DNA from: Eledone cirrhosa
Lineage: Eukaryota
Length of the DNA: 64,000 nt
NCBI GenBank assembly: GCA_964016885.1
Contig: OZ024740.1
Span: forward strand, 54,436,001-54,500,000
Direction of reading: 5' to 3'
The notes under the pieces are model-generated. The model did not search any database, had not been told where the DNA came from, and saw only the letters and a list, made by a program, of their open reading frames with translations. Shown in pieces: positions 13,761 through 27,885 of the stretch (position 1 is its first letter; each line of letters opens with the position of its first letter). The translations under genes were made by a program, and so were the position numbers.

Positions 13761-13828
13761 TATATATAATATATATATATATATAATATATATATATATA
13801 ATATATATATATATATAATATATATATT

Positions 13829-13861
<33 letters not shown>

Positions 13862-13882
13862 TTATATATATATATATGTATG

Positions 13883-13948
<66 letters not shown>

Positions 13949-13975
13949 TATGTATATATATATATATATATATAC
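13678..13975. repeat. Long interrupted (TA)n microsatellite
   Basis: Directly visible. Confidence 0.95.
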
Positions 13976-14466
13976 CTTTGTGTGTGCCTGTGTATGTATG
14001 TGTGCATGTTAATGTTTATATGTGAGTTATTGTGTACATATAAAACGTACATACATATATACAGAAACCAAAATTCATGAAGTATGACAGGTCAAATGAG
14101 GAACTAATATAAAAAATCCAATATTAAAAGCTTTAACCTGCAGCAATCACTTGTTATTTGCGTTGTCTATATTAAAAGCCTAATCTCTTTCTGCAAATCT
14201 TGCAAATCACAAGTACACGTTGCAAGCGGCCATTTTCTTTAGTGCCACGATTCATATACATTTTAAAATATTACCCAACATGCTCAATATCATACAACTT
14301 AAAACTCTTCTACGTATTTGGTACTAATCAGTGACATATTTCATTGTATATATTGACTCCGAGCAGGACGGAATATATTTACCGTAACTAGTACTATTCT
14401 GGTAATGCCTACTTTTCTTTCACATTATGTAACTTTATATATGTTGTGGTATTGTTATTAATTCGA

Positions 14467-14537
<71 letters not shown>

Positions 14538-14554
14538 TATATATAATATATATA

Positions 14555-15517
14555 TATGTATATATCAACTAGCAATGAATTGACATATATATATAAAATA
14601 TGGACAATCACAGAGAATAATTTGTAAAGAATGTAAGCACACATAGCTAGGTAGGTAACCAATTAAGGTTTAACTAGAACTTCAAATATAGATACCTTTT
14701 AAAATGATTAATCTCCTTTGTATATATTTCTTTAAGTAAAAAATATATTTCAGTTCTAGTTAAACTTTAGTTGGTTACCTACCTACCTATGTGTGCTTAC
14801 ATTTTTTACAAATTATTTCCTGTGATTGTTCCATATGTTTATTATATATATATATATGTCAAGTCAATCTATTTCTAGTTGATATGAAATGCTCGGTTCT
14901 ATTCATTGGAATCTTTGAGCTTATTCTACAGTGGATATGGCGCATGTCTCTCGGACATGACAACCCTTAATTTAAATTTGGATATATATTAATTGTAGAG
15001 CTAACTCAGTTGAATGGACTCGGCTGCTATTTCTAGCTGTCGATAATCCTATTCACGCCACTAGGATGACGCTGTGCGATGTGTGTATTTAAAAAAAAAT
15101 GCAACACGTGGTTCGAGTCATTCACAGATTTGCATTTGCTTTGTAAACACAGATAGTTATTTTCTTCTCCTTTGGTGACCATCCAGGATTTGACTACTGT
15201 GATTTACTGATTAATTGGTGAAATATATTTTTTACTTAAAGAAATATATACAAAGGAGATTAATCATTTTAAAAGGTATCTATATTTGAAGTTCTAGTTA
15301 AACTTTAATTGGTTACCTACCTAGCTATGTGTGCTTACATTCTTTACAAATTATTCCCTGTGATTGTTCCCTATGTTTATTTTATATATATATATATGTC
15401 AATCTATTTCTAGCTGATATGAAATGCTCGGATCTATTCATTGGAATCTTTGAGCTTATTCTACAGTGGATATGGCGCATGTCTCTCAAACATGACAACC
15501 CTTAATTTAATTTTTGA
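14555..15517 (+). mobile_element. Non-coding PLE-type element: ~540 bp unit, partial direct repeat and 5' inverted arm, in (TA)n
   Basis: 14752-14985 is a direct repeat of 15291-15515; 14555-14751 is the reverse complement of about 15219-15420; (TA)n on both sides. Confidence 0.7.
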
Positions 15518-15736
15518 TATATATATGTATATATATGTATAATATATATATATACATACATTCATACAAACACATATACATACACCCACACTTACACACA
15601 CACACGCACACACACACATACATATATATGCCATTTTGTTTCTGTGTGTGTGACTGAGCACACAACACACACATAGAAACAAAATGGCGTAGGACAGAAC
15701 AAAGGAGAGTCACAGAAACAAAGAAAATAATCCCCA

Positions 15737-15779
15737 GTCACTGATGAGGTCACACAATGTGTGACGAAAGAACTTTGAC
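15737..15779 (+). ncRNA. Minimal type I hammerhead ribozyme (putative)
   Basis: GTCA-CTGATGA-G-GTCACAC(AAT)GTGTGAC-GAAA-GAACTT-TGAC: conserved core, perfect 7 bp stem II, stem I GTCA/TGAC. Confidence 0.65.
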
Positions 15780-15859
15780 AATATATAAACAACTATCTGG
15801 TTGTGGAACCAACCAACCAGAAATTTATAAATTTATAAATTCCTAAATTTATAAATTTA

Positions 15860-15945
15860 TATAATAAATTGATGTGAAAGCGACTGGCGCGTGTGTTTCT
15901 TATTGGCAACATGACCCTCCCAAAGTAGAACAATATCAGTTTCAA
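15860..15945 (+). repeat. Short interspersed repeat, also at 25070-25137 and partly at 56227-56250
   Basis: Shared ATAAATTGA.GTGAAA...CTGG.GCGTGTGTTTCTTATTGGCAACATGACCCTCCCAAAGTA. Confidence 0.7.
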
Positions 15946-15992
15946 CACACGATTTCAGATAAAGAATTTTGCTAAACAAATTCACAAACGAA

Positions 15993-16129
<137 letters not shown>

Positions 16130-16130
16130 C

Positions 16131-16170
<40 letters not shown>

Positions 16171-16174
16171 TACA

Positions 16175-16257
<83 letters not shown>

Positions 16258-16449
16258 TTGAATGACCCGGCGTATTTAACAATGGCAGGACCGGCTGCAT
16301 TTCAGCGTACTTAATAAATAATATAGAATACATTCCATAGTATACACATAGTTATTCGCTTCAACGCAACACATGTAAACGGATGTCTATATTAGTTCCC
16401 GGACTCGAGTTTCGACCACACTTAACGCTTGATATAGCAGGAAGAGGGC

Positions 16450-16483
16450 CTTAACGTTTCGGGCGCGAGTCCTTCATCAGAAG
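16450..16483 (-). ncRNA. Minimal hammerhead ribozyme with palindromic stem III (putative)
   Basis: Minus strand CTT-CTGATGA-A-GGAC(TCGC)GCCC-GAAAC-GTT-AAG; the AACGTT palindrome is typical of PLE minimal or dimeric hammerheads. Confidence 0.7.
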
Positions 16484-16719
16484 AAAGAATGAGAAATAAG
16501 ATATATTAAGGAGACGGGTGGGTTTGAATTGGAAAACATGCCTTTAGATAAAAATTACAGGGCCATTCATGTTGACATATTTTGCAAAACTGCTGGTGCT
16601 GGCGTTTTGTGTATGATTTATTTTTTAGAAAATTGGATGATGGAGCGCGTCTACCTATATATATACATAAATATATGTGTGTGTGGGGTGTATATATATA
16701 TACATATATATAAATATAT

Positions 16720-16812
<93 letters not shown>

Positions 16813-17130
16813 GATATATACTTATGTGGTATTTTGTATAGTTAACACTAAGTTATTGGTTTGCATATTTATATTATCTGAATGCTTAATAATGTATTGC
16901 AGCTATACGATTATGAAATCGTCTGTGCATTTTATTTTATAACGATGTTATGACCAACACAAGACTCTTCCTCAATATTTGTCCCTAGAGATAATTCTTC
17001 TAAATTTTCTATTCAATTAAATTTATTATTTTTTGTCAATATTTCCATAACACAAACACTTTTTCTTATCGGGGCTGTTGGTGTTGTTGCATCTATATAT
17101 TGATATATTTGTGCTCTTTTTGTTGTTGGA

Positions 17131-17308
17131 TTTCTTCTTCTTCTTCTTCTTCTTCTTCTTCTTCTTCTTCTTCTTCTTCTTCTTCTTCTTCTTCTTCTTC
17201 TTCTTCTTCTTCTTCTTCTTCTTCTTCTTCTTCTTCTTCTTCTTCTTCTTCTTCTTCCAGCACCATCACAACCGCCACACCCATTTCTACTACTACTACT
17301 ACTAATAT

Positions 17309-17350
<42 letters not shown>

Positions 17351-17353
17351 TAT

Positions 17354-17410
<57 letters not shown>
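17131..17410. repeat. Compound (CTT)n and (CTA)n trinucleotide tract
   Basis: About 42 CTT units followed by interrupted CTA units. Confidence 0.97.
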
Positions 17411-17983
17411 AAATAACAATAACAATAACATCACAATCACCGTTAACACCATCACCACAACCACCACCAGGAACACGACTTCCACCAACAACAACACTGA
17501 AAAAATAATAATTGTAATAAAAATACATATACAGAGCAATCATATTTTCAATTAATCAATCGTGAGGTAATCAGACGTTTCCCTCAATATATGTTGAATG
17601 AATTTTGATATCTCAATTCTTTTAAATAATTTATTCCCGTCGGTTTTTATGTTTTTTCTTCATTTTTTTTATCTAATGATTTACTTTAATTTGTTTTTAT
17701 TATTTCCAGAAACGGCATAATTATAAAACAAATCTTGCCAATAAATACGAAAATACCAAAGGGTTTGAAAACATGGGAATTCTTTATAATTATAATTCTG
17801 ATATTTCCTACGGAGACTTATTACCTCAGACTTGCGTATTAACCGGTTTTGAAATGAGCATGCGTACTTATTGATAATCCATTATATGTATTCGTAAGTA
17901 CACACGTACATACGCGGTTATCTACTCAATCTATTAAGCAGGTAACATAAGCAATCACATATACATATACATAAATATGCCTT

Positions 17984-18042
<59 letters not shown>

Positions 18043-18277
18043 ATGTGTGTGTGTGTGTGTGTGTGTGTTGTGTGTAAGAAAGTAATGTTTCTTAGAATGT
18101 TCCACACGGGTAAAAATATATGGAAAAGAAATTGAAATTGCAACTGGGGATTTACAATCAAATCCCATCAGACACCCAAACCCTCCATCCTGGTTTTAAT
18201 TTTGAAAATAATAAGAAGTGTAAAACCGTTAAAGTAAATAAATATTTGCATTATATACCAGTTGCATTGTTAATTAA

Positions 18278-18468
18278 GGTGGTGGATTGGCAGTATCGGT
18301 AGAGGGTCGGACGCCATGCTTTCAGGCATAGTTACGTCCCTTTATTATCTGAGTTCAAATCCCGACGAGGTTGACTTTGCCTTTCATCCTTACGGGGTCG
18401 ATAAAATAAAGTACCAGTAATGCACTGGGTTATTTGCTGGCCTTGTGCCTAAATTAGAATCAATTATT
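18278..18468 (+). mobile_element. tRNA-derived SINE, family A, full length
   Basis: A-box-like TGGCAGTATCGG, B-box GAGTTCAAATCC, ATT tail; many near-identical copies in the window. Confidence 0.88.
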
Positions 18469-18933
18469 AATTAATTTTCCTTATATATGTATATGCATAT
18501 ATAGATACATAGTTCGATAAGTACACCCATTTATATAAGAATTGCTTATTATCTATTCTGTATCCAGGAATTACAATTGATTGCCATTGATAAAGCGTTA
18601 CTATTCTCTGCCCAATCCCATACGTCAACATCCGGTTAACGTGAGTCTCAATCATAATACACAGGGTCCGGTGATAAACTGTTAACACACACATACCTAC
18701 AAACGCGGAATGGACAAACAGTAAAATGCTGAGGCTCAAAACAAAGTAATAAAAAATTGAAATAAAGAAATATGTAGGAGATACGTGCTTAACAGAACAT
18801 CTGAGACAATTAAGAACAATGCCTGAACAGAAGAAAGAACAATATGATTTGTCCCGAAATTTTGTTTTCAAAATTTTATCAAAAACTTTATCAAATGAAA
18901 GGGTGTATATATATATATACATATATATATATA

Positions 18934-19464
<531 letters not shown>

Positions 19465-20033
19465 GAAAGTGAGGTTTTTTTACAAAATGAAAAATAACCG
19501 AGGTGTCCTACACGAGTGAAAGTATAAAGAAAACGAGATTAAATCGAAAATGCAACTGGAGTATTATTTTTTTTTTAAATATATATATTTATTTGGTTCC
19601 TTTACCGGTTTCGCAGTTCTTCTGCTTTTCAAAAGGTGAGTTGAGATGGAGGGTCTGTGGTTTTTCTCACATCTGGTTGGTCTCTGAATGTTACTTGTTT
19701 TATATGGAAAAAGTGGCTCGAAAATGCCAGGTTTTTCGAGAAGTAATTTGATTGGTTTGTCAATAATTATAATAAATTTCGCTTCGCGCCAGTTCGCGTT
19801 ACAATAGTTCTTCAAATAAGAGGGGGGGGGGTTGTCACAGGTTGTTTTTTCATATATGAGTGTTTGAATTTCTTTTTACTTGAAAAAGGGAGGCTCACGA
19901 AGGCTTTTTTTTGGTTGGTTATAAATGAAATTATGGCTGTCACGTGAACAAATTTTCATTAAATTTTTGTTCCCTTATTTGGAAATCCATTCTGTAGCAT
20001 TTTTAGAGAATTTTTTGATAAGTGAAAGATAAT

Positions 20034-20216
20034 TGTTTCTACTTTAGGCACAAGGCCAGCAATTAGCCATTGCATTACTGGTACTTTATTTTATCGACCC
20101 CGTAAGGATGAAAGGCAAAGTCAACCTCGGCGGGATTTGAACTCAGATCGTAAATGACGTAACTATGCTGGAAAGTATGGCGTCCGACCCTCTACCGATA
20201 CTGCCAATCCACCGCC
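20034..20216 (-). mobile_element. SINE family A, with 20 bp TSD
   Basis: Reverse complement of the 18278 copy, flanked by TTTGATAAGTGAAAGATAAT. Confidence 0.9.
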
Positions 20217-20236
20217 TTTGATAAGTGAAAGATAAT

Positions 20237-20422
20237 TGTTTCTACTTTTGGCACAAGGCCAGCAATTATCCAGTACATTACTGGTACTTTATTTTATCGA
20301 CCCCATAAGGATGAAAGGCAAAGTTAACCTCGGCGGGATTTGAACTCAGAATGGCAAGGGCCGTAACTCTATGCGTCAAAGCATGGCATCCAACCCTCTA
20401 CCGATACTGCCAATTCACCCCC
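20237..20422 (-). mobile_element. SINE family A variant, with the same 20 bp TSD
   Basis: As above, with several differences in the head region. Confidence 0.9.
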
Positions 20423-21367
20423 TTTGATAAGTGAAAGATAATGGTCAAGAGAAAGGGATGGGAGAATTTTTCTGGTTCTGTGAATATGGTTAGTTCGCTG
20501 GGGTGTTAGAATTCAGATTTTCTATTGAATAAAGAAAGTAAAGATATGTGTGTTTATGTGTGTGCTTGTGTGTGTGTGTGTGCGTGTGTGTGTGTGTATG
20601 TGTGTGTTTGAATTTCTTTACTTTAAAAAAAGGTGGCTCACGAAGGCTTTTTTTTAATAAACGTGATTTGATTGGTTATAAATGAAATTTGGCTGTCACG
20701 TGAACAAGTTTTCATTACATTTTTGCGCCCTTATTTGGAAAACTATTCTGTAGTCTTTATAGCGAATGTTATGACAATGGAAAGATAGTGGTCAAGAGAA
20801 ATGGGATTGTGAGAATTGTTCTGGTTCAGTGAATATGGTTAGTTCGCTGGGGTGTCAGAGTTCAGATTTTCTATTGAAGTGAAGATATGTATGTTCATTT
20901 GTGTGCTTGTGTGTGTGTATGTGTGTCTGTGTGTGTGTGTATGTGTGTATTGGAAGATGATTCTATTAGTAGAAATGGGGGAGGGAGTTGTATGTGTGTG
21001 TATATGGGTATTATGTGTGTGTGTGCGAGTATGTTAAGATGGAGAGAATATATATTTTGTGTGTGTGAATATATATGTGTGTAGGAAAGTGGTTCTATAG
21101 TAGAAATGAGGAGGGAGTTGTGGGTGTGGGGGTTGTTATGTGTGTGTGTGGGTGTTATGTGTGTGGGAGTATGGTTAGCATGTTAAGATGAAAAGAATAT
21201 ATATATATATATATATATTGTGTGTGTGTGAATGTGAGTGTGTAGGAAAGTGATTCCTTTAGTAGGAATATTTTTGAATGAACATATTTTTCTTACTTAT
21301 TCGTGTTTGCTGTTGTATTGTCAGTGCAAACGTATGTTAAGGTTTATTTAGTTCGGGTTTTTATTTT

Positions 21368-23693
21368 CTAAAGTAGAAGGTGTTGTGTGTGTGTGTGTAT
21401 CATATTATGGTGTTGACATAATGTATAATAAACCATATTTAATGTTGGTCTATATATTTGAATAAACATATTTTCCTTATTTATTCGCATTTGTTCTGTT
21501 GTATTGTTAGCGCAAAGGTAAAATGGGAAGACTTGGAATTTGGGTGTCTTATTACTTGCGCAAATGTCTAGATGTGCACTTAGTGGTATCTGTCTCGTTG
21601 TTGGATCTCGTAATTGTTGACGATGAACTGTCATTCTGTTTCTGAGTGTGAGTTTAGTTTGTCCTATATAATCTTCATTGCATCCTTTACATTTAATGGC
21701 ATAAACTAGATTTTTTGATGAGCAAGTGAAGTGATTTTTTACAGTAAAATGTTGTCCTGATTTAAATGTATACGTGTTGCCTTCAATGAGGTGAGTGCAG
21801 GTTCCACAATTAGAGCGACCACATTTTTTGATACTTGGTTGTGGGTTTGTGGTAGGTAATTTGGCATTGGTGAGTAATGTTTTCAGTGATTTTGGTTGTC
21901 TTTTGCTTTTTATTATTTTGTGTGTTTCAAGGGCTTTTTTCATTCTTGGGTTTTGTTTTAGTAGTGGGATGTTATTGTGAATAGTGTTGTAAGCTTGTGC
22001 ATTTCTTGGGTTGTGTGTTGAGATATATGATAGAATATTGGACGTACCTTGAATTTGTTTCTGTTTTCGTAATTCATCAATGCCTATTGCTTTAGCCCTT
22101 TCTATTCCATTATTTATTAGTAATAGTGGGTACTCTCTTTCGAGTATAATTTCCTTTAACTCTTGAAGTCTTTTATTTCGCGTTTCATAATTGGAGACAA
22201 TTGTGCAAATTCTTCTTGCTAGGTTAAAAGGAATGTTCGTCTTCGTGTGCTTTGGATGGTTGGAGGTGAATAGCAGATATTGTTTGGAATCTGTTGGTTG
22301 GTAGTGTATGTCAGTTTCGATATTTGTGTCTTTTTTTAAGATTAAGATGTCCAGAAATGGGAGTTGATCTTGGCTGTATTCCATTGTGAATTGGATATGG
22401 TTATTGATGCCGTTTATTAAGTTTTTGAAATCCTTCAGTTGGTCGAGTGTGTGGGACCAAAGAATGAGGCAATCATCCAAGTAGCGTTTCCAATTCTCTG
22501 ATAAATATTTGTGGAAGTTCAATCCGTATTTTGATTTGGACTGTTCATATATCTGGAGTTCTAAGTATGCCATGACTAAGTTGGCATAAGTTGGAGCGGC
22601 TTTTGTACCCATCGCAGTCCCCGATATTTGCTTGTAAGTATTGCCATCGAAATCAAAAAAGTTGTTCTGTAGGATGAATTTTAATCCCTCGGTGATGAAA
22701 CTTTTTTCTATTCTGTCAGGTATCTCATTGGGATATTTCTCTAGCCAGAATCCTATTGCTTCTAGTCCGTATGGGATCGTTGTGTAGAGATTCACTACAT
22801 CGAAAGACACAATAATAGTGTCGTTGTTGACATGTTTGGGCAGGTGGTTTAAGAGGTCCAGATTGTCTCTTACAAGGCTTGGTATGTGTTTCAGTATTGG
22901 TTTCAGTAGTATGTCTATAAAGTTGCTCAATCTGTGTGTTTCACATTGTGGGTCCGCTACAATTGGTCTTAATTTAAGGTCTGTGGGGTATTATGTGTTC
23001 ACGCAGGCTGAGGTGGATTGTTTACAGGCATCGTTGATTATTTTACACTTGTGGATCTTCGGAAGTCCGTAAAGGTTGCTGGTTTTGTATTCAAAATTTG
23101 TTAAATAATCGCGTTCCTTTTTAGTTAGGTCTTCCTGGTATCGATAAATCAGTGTGTTTAATTTGGTCATTATTTTTGATTGCTGGTAGTTTTTTACTCT
23201 TTCATAGTAATTAATATTTTGTAAGAGAGAGAACATAGAATTTTTATATTTTTCAGCCTCCATAATGACAACAGTACTTCCCTTGTCCGCTTCCTTAATT
23301 ATAATGTTCCGTATTGTTTTTTAGTTCATGGATAATCTCCCATTCCCTTCGACTCGTGTCGGGTTTGCGTTTAGGTTGCGGTAGTTCATGGTATGGGAAG
23401 GTAGCTATGTGGTCACAAAATTTGTCCAGAACTCTGTTTCTACCTTTTGTTGGGTTGTAGCTGCTTTTATTCTGTACAATTGATTCGTCGTTAGTCTCCT
23501 TGTCAAAGAATTCCTCTGTGAGACGTAATTTTCTACAGAAGTGTGAGATGTCGTCATTTATCTCGTTGGGGTTAGGGTATTGTGGTGTTGGTGTGAATTT
23601 CAGACCTTTGGAGAGAATTTTTACTTGTTGGGCTGAGAGGTTTGTATTTGAAATGTCAATTATTTTCGGTTTTTCAAAATCGGTTTGTGCCAC
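21368..23693 (-). pseudogene. PLE RT plus GIY-YIG ORF, split into three frames (23295-23693, 22991-23290, 21368-22930)
   Basis: NLS..LSKGLKFTP, LYGLPKIHK, SFDVVNLYT, GTAMGT, WKRYLDD, LPFLDI; Cys linker CGRSNCGTC (Neptune hallmark); NLVYAIKC..C...YIGQT. Confidence 0.92.
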
Positions 23694-24539
23694 CGGGTGT
23701 CGTGAGTCCTGTAGCCTTGGTCTAAAAAATAATTTTTCTGGAATCTTTTTTCAATGGTATTATTATATCTAATGGTATTTCCCCTGTTGTTGTGTGGTCT
23801 TGTATAGAAGTTTCGGACGTATTGAGGTTCGGTTTGTTGATAGTCCGGGTTGTAGATTTTGTTCCTTTGTGTGGGTCGGGATCTACGGTTTTGGAACAGG
23901 CTCTGTGTGGGCAGGGGTCTACGGTTTTGGAATAGGTTTTGTGTGGGTTGTGATCTGCGGATCAGGTCCTGCCTTGTGTTCGGGGATCTTTGGTTTTCGT
24001 TTGTAGGGTTATAGTTTTGTCTATGGTTTCTGGGATTATCGTTATTGTTGGACGTTTTGTTACTTTTTTTGTTATTTGTTGTGCATGTGGTGTGTGAGTT
24101 TTAGTTTTTTTAAAAATGAGTTACCTGTATGTTGTTCATTTTTGAAGTCCATTTCGTAGTTGTTGAACCAGGTGGCGTTTTTTTCCCATCGCTGGAGGGA
24201 TGTTAGTTCTTCATCCTCACAGTTTTCTTTCCAACAACCTGTGACAACCCACCCTCTTATTTGAAGAACTTTTGTAACGCGAACTGGCGCGAAATTTATT
24301 ATAACTATTGACAAACCAATCAAATTACTTCTCGAAAAACCTGGCAGTTTCGAGCCACTTTTTCCATATAAAACAAGTAACATTCAGAGACCAACCAGAT
24401 GTGAGAAAAACCACAGACCCTCCATCTCAACTCACCTTTTGAAAAGCAGAAGAACTGCGAAACCGGTAAAGGAACCAAATAAATATATATATTTAAAAAA
24501 AAAATAAGACTCCAGTTGCATTTTCGATTTCATCTCTTT

Positions 24540-24626
<87 letters not shown>

Positions 24627-24631
<5 letters not shown>

Positions 24632-25055
24632 ATATTAAATAAATGGAAACTATATTTATAAAACCATATTTATTTTATTATATATATTTCAAGGGCACCA
24701 AAACACTTAGGTGCGCTTTCTTCAGATAAAATACAAAGTTTGTTTTATAAAAAGAGACATACCCAAGAAAATCATTCCTTATCAGTTGAATATTCTCTGG
24801 ATAGTGTCTTAGATAGATTTTCCTGGGTATGTCTCTATTTATAAAACAAACTTTGTATTTTATCTGAAGAAAGCGTACCAAAGTGTTTTGGTGCCCTTGA
24901 AATATATATAATAATATAAATATGGTTTTATAAATATAGTTTCCATTTATTTAATACCATTGAATATTTACCCAGAAAACTGTCGAGTGCTCTGCATCAG
25001 TTATAAACATTTATATTCTTCGGATTTCAAACAAATTAAATATCCCTTCTACTTA
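24627..25055 (+). mobile_element. Fold-back PLE-type element carrying a hammerhead in both arms
   Basis: 24627-24773 is the reverse complement of 24816-24962, followed by a unique tail and (TA)n. Same family as 57196-57350 and 63900-64000. Confidence 0.78.
24856..24918 (+). ncRNA. Hammerhead ribozyme (putative)
   Basis: TATTTTAT-CTGAAGA-AAGCGTACCAAAG(TG)TTTTGGTGCCCTT-GAAA-TATATATA-ATAATATA. Confidence 0.62.
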
Positions 25056-25145
25056 TATATATATATATTTATAATAAATTGAAGTGAAAACACTGGTGCG
25101 TGTGTTTCTTATTGGCAACATGACCCTCCCAAAGTATATATAAAA

Positions 25146-25178
<33 letters not shown>

Positions 25179-25203
25179 TATATATATATGTGTGTTGTGT
25201 GTG

Positions 25204-25880
25204 TGCTAATTGGGAGAAGAAATACTGTATATATTTTATCAAATGATTCTATGGACTTACTTTTTTATATATGGCTCTGTCTAGTTTGTGTATATGTAAA
25301 CCTCTATATTTTATATACTCCCATAAGGTAGAGTAAAACTTTAGGCAATATTCGGCAGCTCTTTCTAGCAACCAGCCTACTCGCCGTCAGGCACCAATCA
25401 CTAGCTTTCTGACTTGACCACTGGCCATGTGACAATTCTTAGCCATTTTGAATTCGTTTCTGGCGGGGATCATTTAAGAAAACTCTTTGTCCAATTGAGT
25501 TTGTTTTCTGATGATTTCGAAATTCGTTGATTTATCTATGATCGGATATTTCCAAAAAGCGAATGAAACCCCCGCGGGTAGAAACATGTTTTTGGTATAT
25601 TTATGTACATTTTTTCTTCTAACTTTGATTTTGTACCTAATTGTGTATGGTTAGTTATATGTCTAGTCAATTTCTACGGGCTATCAGAAATACTGGGTAA
25701 ATCTTCTGTGGCTGTGGATCGCGGATAAAATAGCTATCGTTTATTTATCTATTGTTTCTTCATAGGTTCATTTTCAACTTATAGCCTCGTTTAATTGATT
25801 TTTTTGTGTTGTTGATTATGCTAATTGGGAGAGGAGAAATACTGTATATATTTTATGAAATGATTCTATGAACTTACTTT

Positions 25881-25885
<5 letters not shown>
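25204..25885 (-). mobile_element. PLE-derived repeat with ~60 bp direct terminal repeats; second copy at 56345-56890
   Basis: TGCTAATTGGG..AATACTGTATATATTTTAT.AAATGATTCTATG.ACTTACTTT at 25204 and 25819; the body aligns with 56400-56890. Confidence 0.62.
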
Positions 25886-25930
<45 letters not shown>

Positions 25931-26750
25931 AAAGTGGTGGAACAATATATGTATATAATTCAGGAGCCTGACATCTGAGCTCCGGCTGTTTCAACAAGCT
26001 GTTCAAACGACCGGGGTCCTGATTTTTTTCATATTGCCCACTCTACTATTCCAAGTATCAAGTTCTCTGGTGAATAATGGTTTAACTGTTTTTTACCTTT
26101 TGATAAATTTTGAAAACGAAATTTCGGGACACACGCACACACACACACATAGACACACACATACACACATATGTATCTATGTATATATATATATATATAT
26201 GTTTCTATGTAGGTATGGATGGATGTATGTACATATTCAAGGTGTCTAACTAAACAAATATGTTTTATTTGCTCTATGCATTCGCACGTCCACGGACTAC
26301 ATCAATTTTCTTTCGAATATGCATCATTATATTGTACCGACCTCTTCTCTTATATATCTTGTCCATTTTTTTCATGTTTGTTGTATTCAGTAATGTAGAG
26401 CGATAGTTAGTTGTTTGACAACGGCAAAGACGGCCATTACTCCTTCATATATACGAAGCTGACTATCCTATCTGCTGATATGCAAATTGTTTTGATCAGA
26501 GGTTCTGCTATTATGTAGATCTGACTGATCAGCTAGTCTGCTAATATGAAAATAGGGCCGATCAGTCACTGTATATTCCATAAAATATATAAAAGATATT
26601 TTCAGTACCTCTGGTAGTTGACAGGTAAGAAGTATACGGTACTGATGAAGGGTAATCACCCAGAACCATTAGTGTCAGCCGGTATATTTATATGCCAACA
26701 CAAGAACAACAATGACGGTGTCATTCTATTCACATGGCTAAGGGAGAATG

Positions 26751-27338
<588 letters not shown>

Positions 27339-27345
27339 ATGTGTG

Positions 27346-27534
27346 TGTGTATGTAAAAGGTAAACAGAAATAACAACACAATCGGTAAAGTATATGGAAG
27401 ATATATAGTAGGTTAACGCTTGATATAGCAGGAAGAGGGACCCTCTTCCTTCTATATCAAGCGTTAACCTAATATAGACCTTCCATATACTCTACCGATT
27501 GTGTTGTTATTTCTGTTTACCTTTTACATACACA
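27346..27534. repeat. Near-perfect palindrome with 94 bp arms and a 1 nt loop (centre 27440)
   Basis: ...GATATAGCAGGAAGAGGG-A-CCCTCTTCCTTCTATATC...; the arms match the sequence next to the hammerhead at 16420-16448. Confidence 0.93.
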
Positions 27535-27799
27535 TATATATATCAACGCTTACGTGGACCTCTCAAAATTCGTTGGATTTTCTGATTGGACTTTCACCTC
27601 GAAACTGGATACCAACACGGAGTACACCTGAACTTCCACCAGGAAATCTTTCGTATCTTTGAAAACTTCTTTGCTTCTCATATATATATATCGATAGACG
27701 ATCGACCTTCGTCGAATCGGACCGAGGAAACAATGTTTCCATTGGTCTTTCCAATTGCTAATACTTTCTATCGGTCGCAACTCCAGGTAGAAGGAGCAA

Positions 27800-27885
27800 A
27801 GTGAAATAAATTGTCTTGCCCAAGGACATAACGCATCGCCCTGTCCAGGAATCGAGCTCACGACCTCACAATTGAGAGTCCAATT
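27800..27885 (-). mobile_element. SINE family B head fragment
   Basis: Minus strand GAGCTCGATTCCCTGG..TCCTTGGGCAAGACAATTTATTTCAC. Confidence 0.7.

Noticed and set aside
17013-17555. Poly-S/R/E/V/F/T ORFs in four frames
   Set aside because: Artefact of the (CTT)n and (CTA)n tracts.
18278-18370. SINE heads as genuine tRNA genes
   Set aside because: They have A and B boxes but no complete cloverleaf, and continue into SINE bodies with tails and TSDs.
18660-18908. Possible Tc1-type MITE starting TACACAGGGTCCGGTGATAAA
   Set aside because: The matching right-hand TIR is too degenerate to support a call.
20014-20442. Three 20 bp direct repeats with spacers as a CRISPR-like array
   Set aside because: The spacers are ~185 bp SINE copies and the repeats are target-site duplications; the context is eukaryotic with no cas genes.
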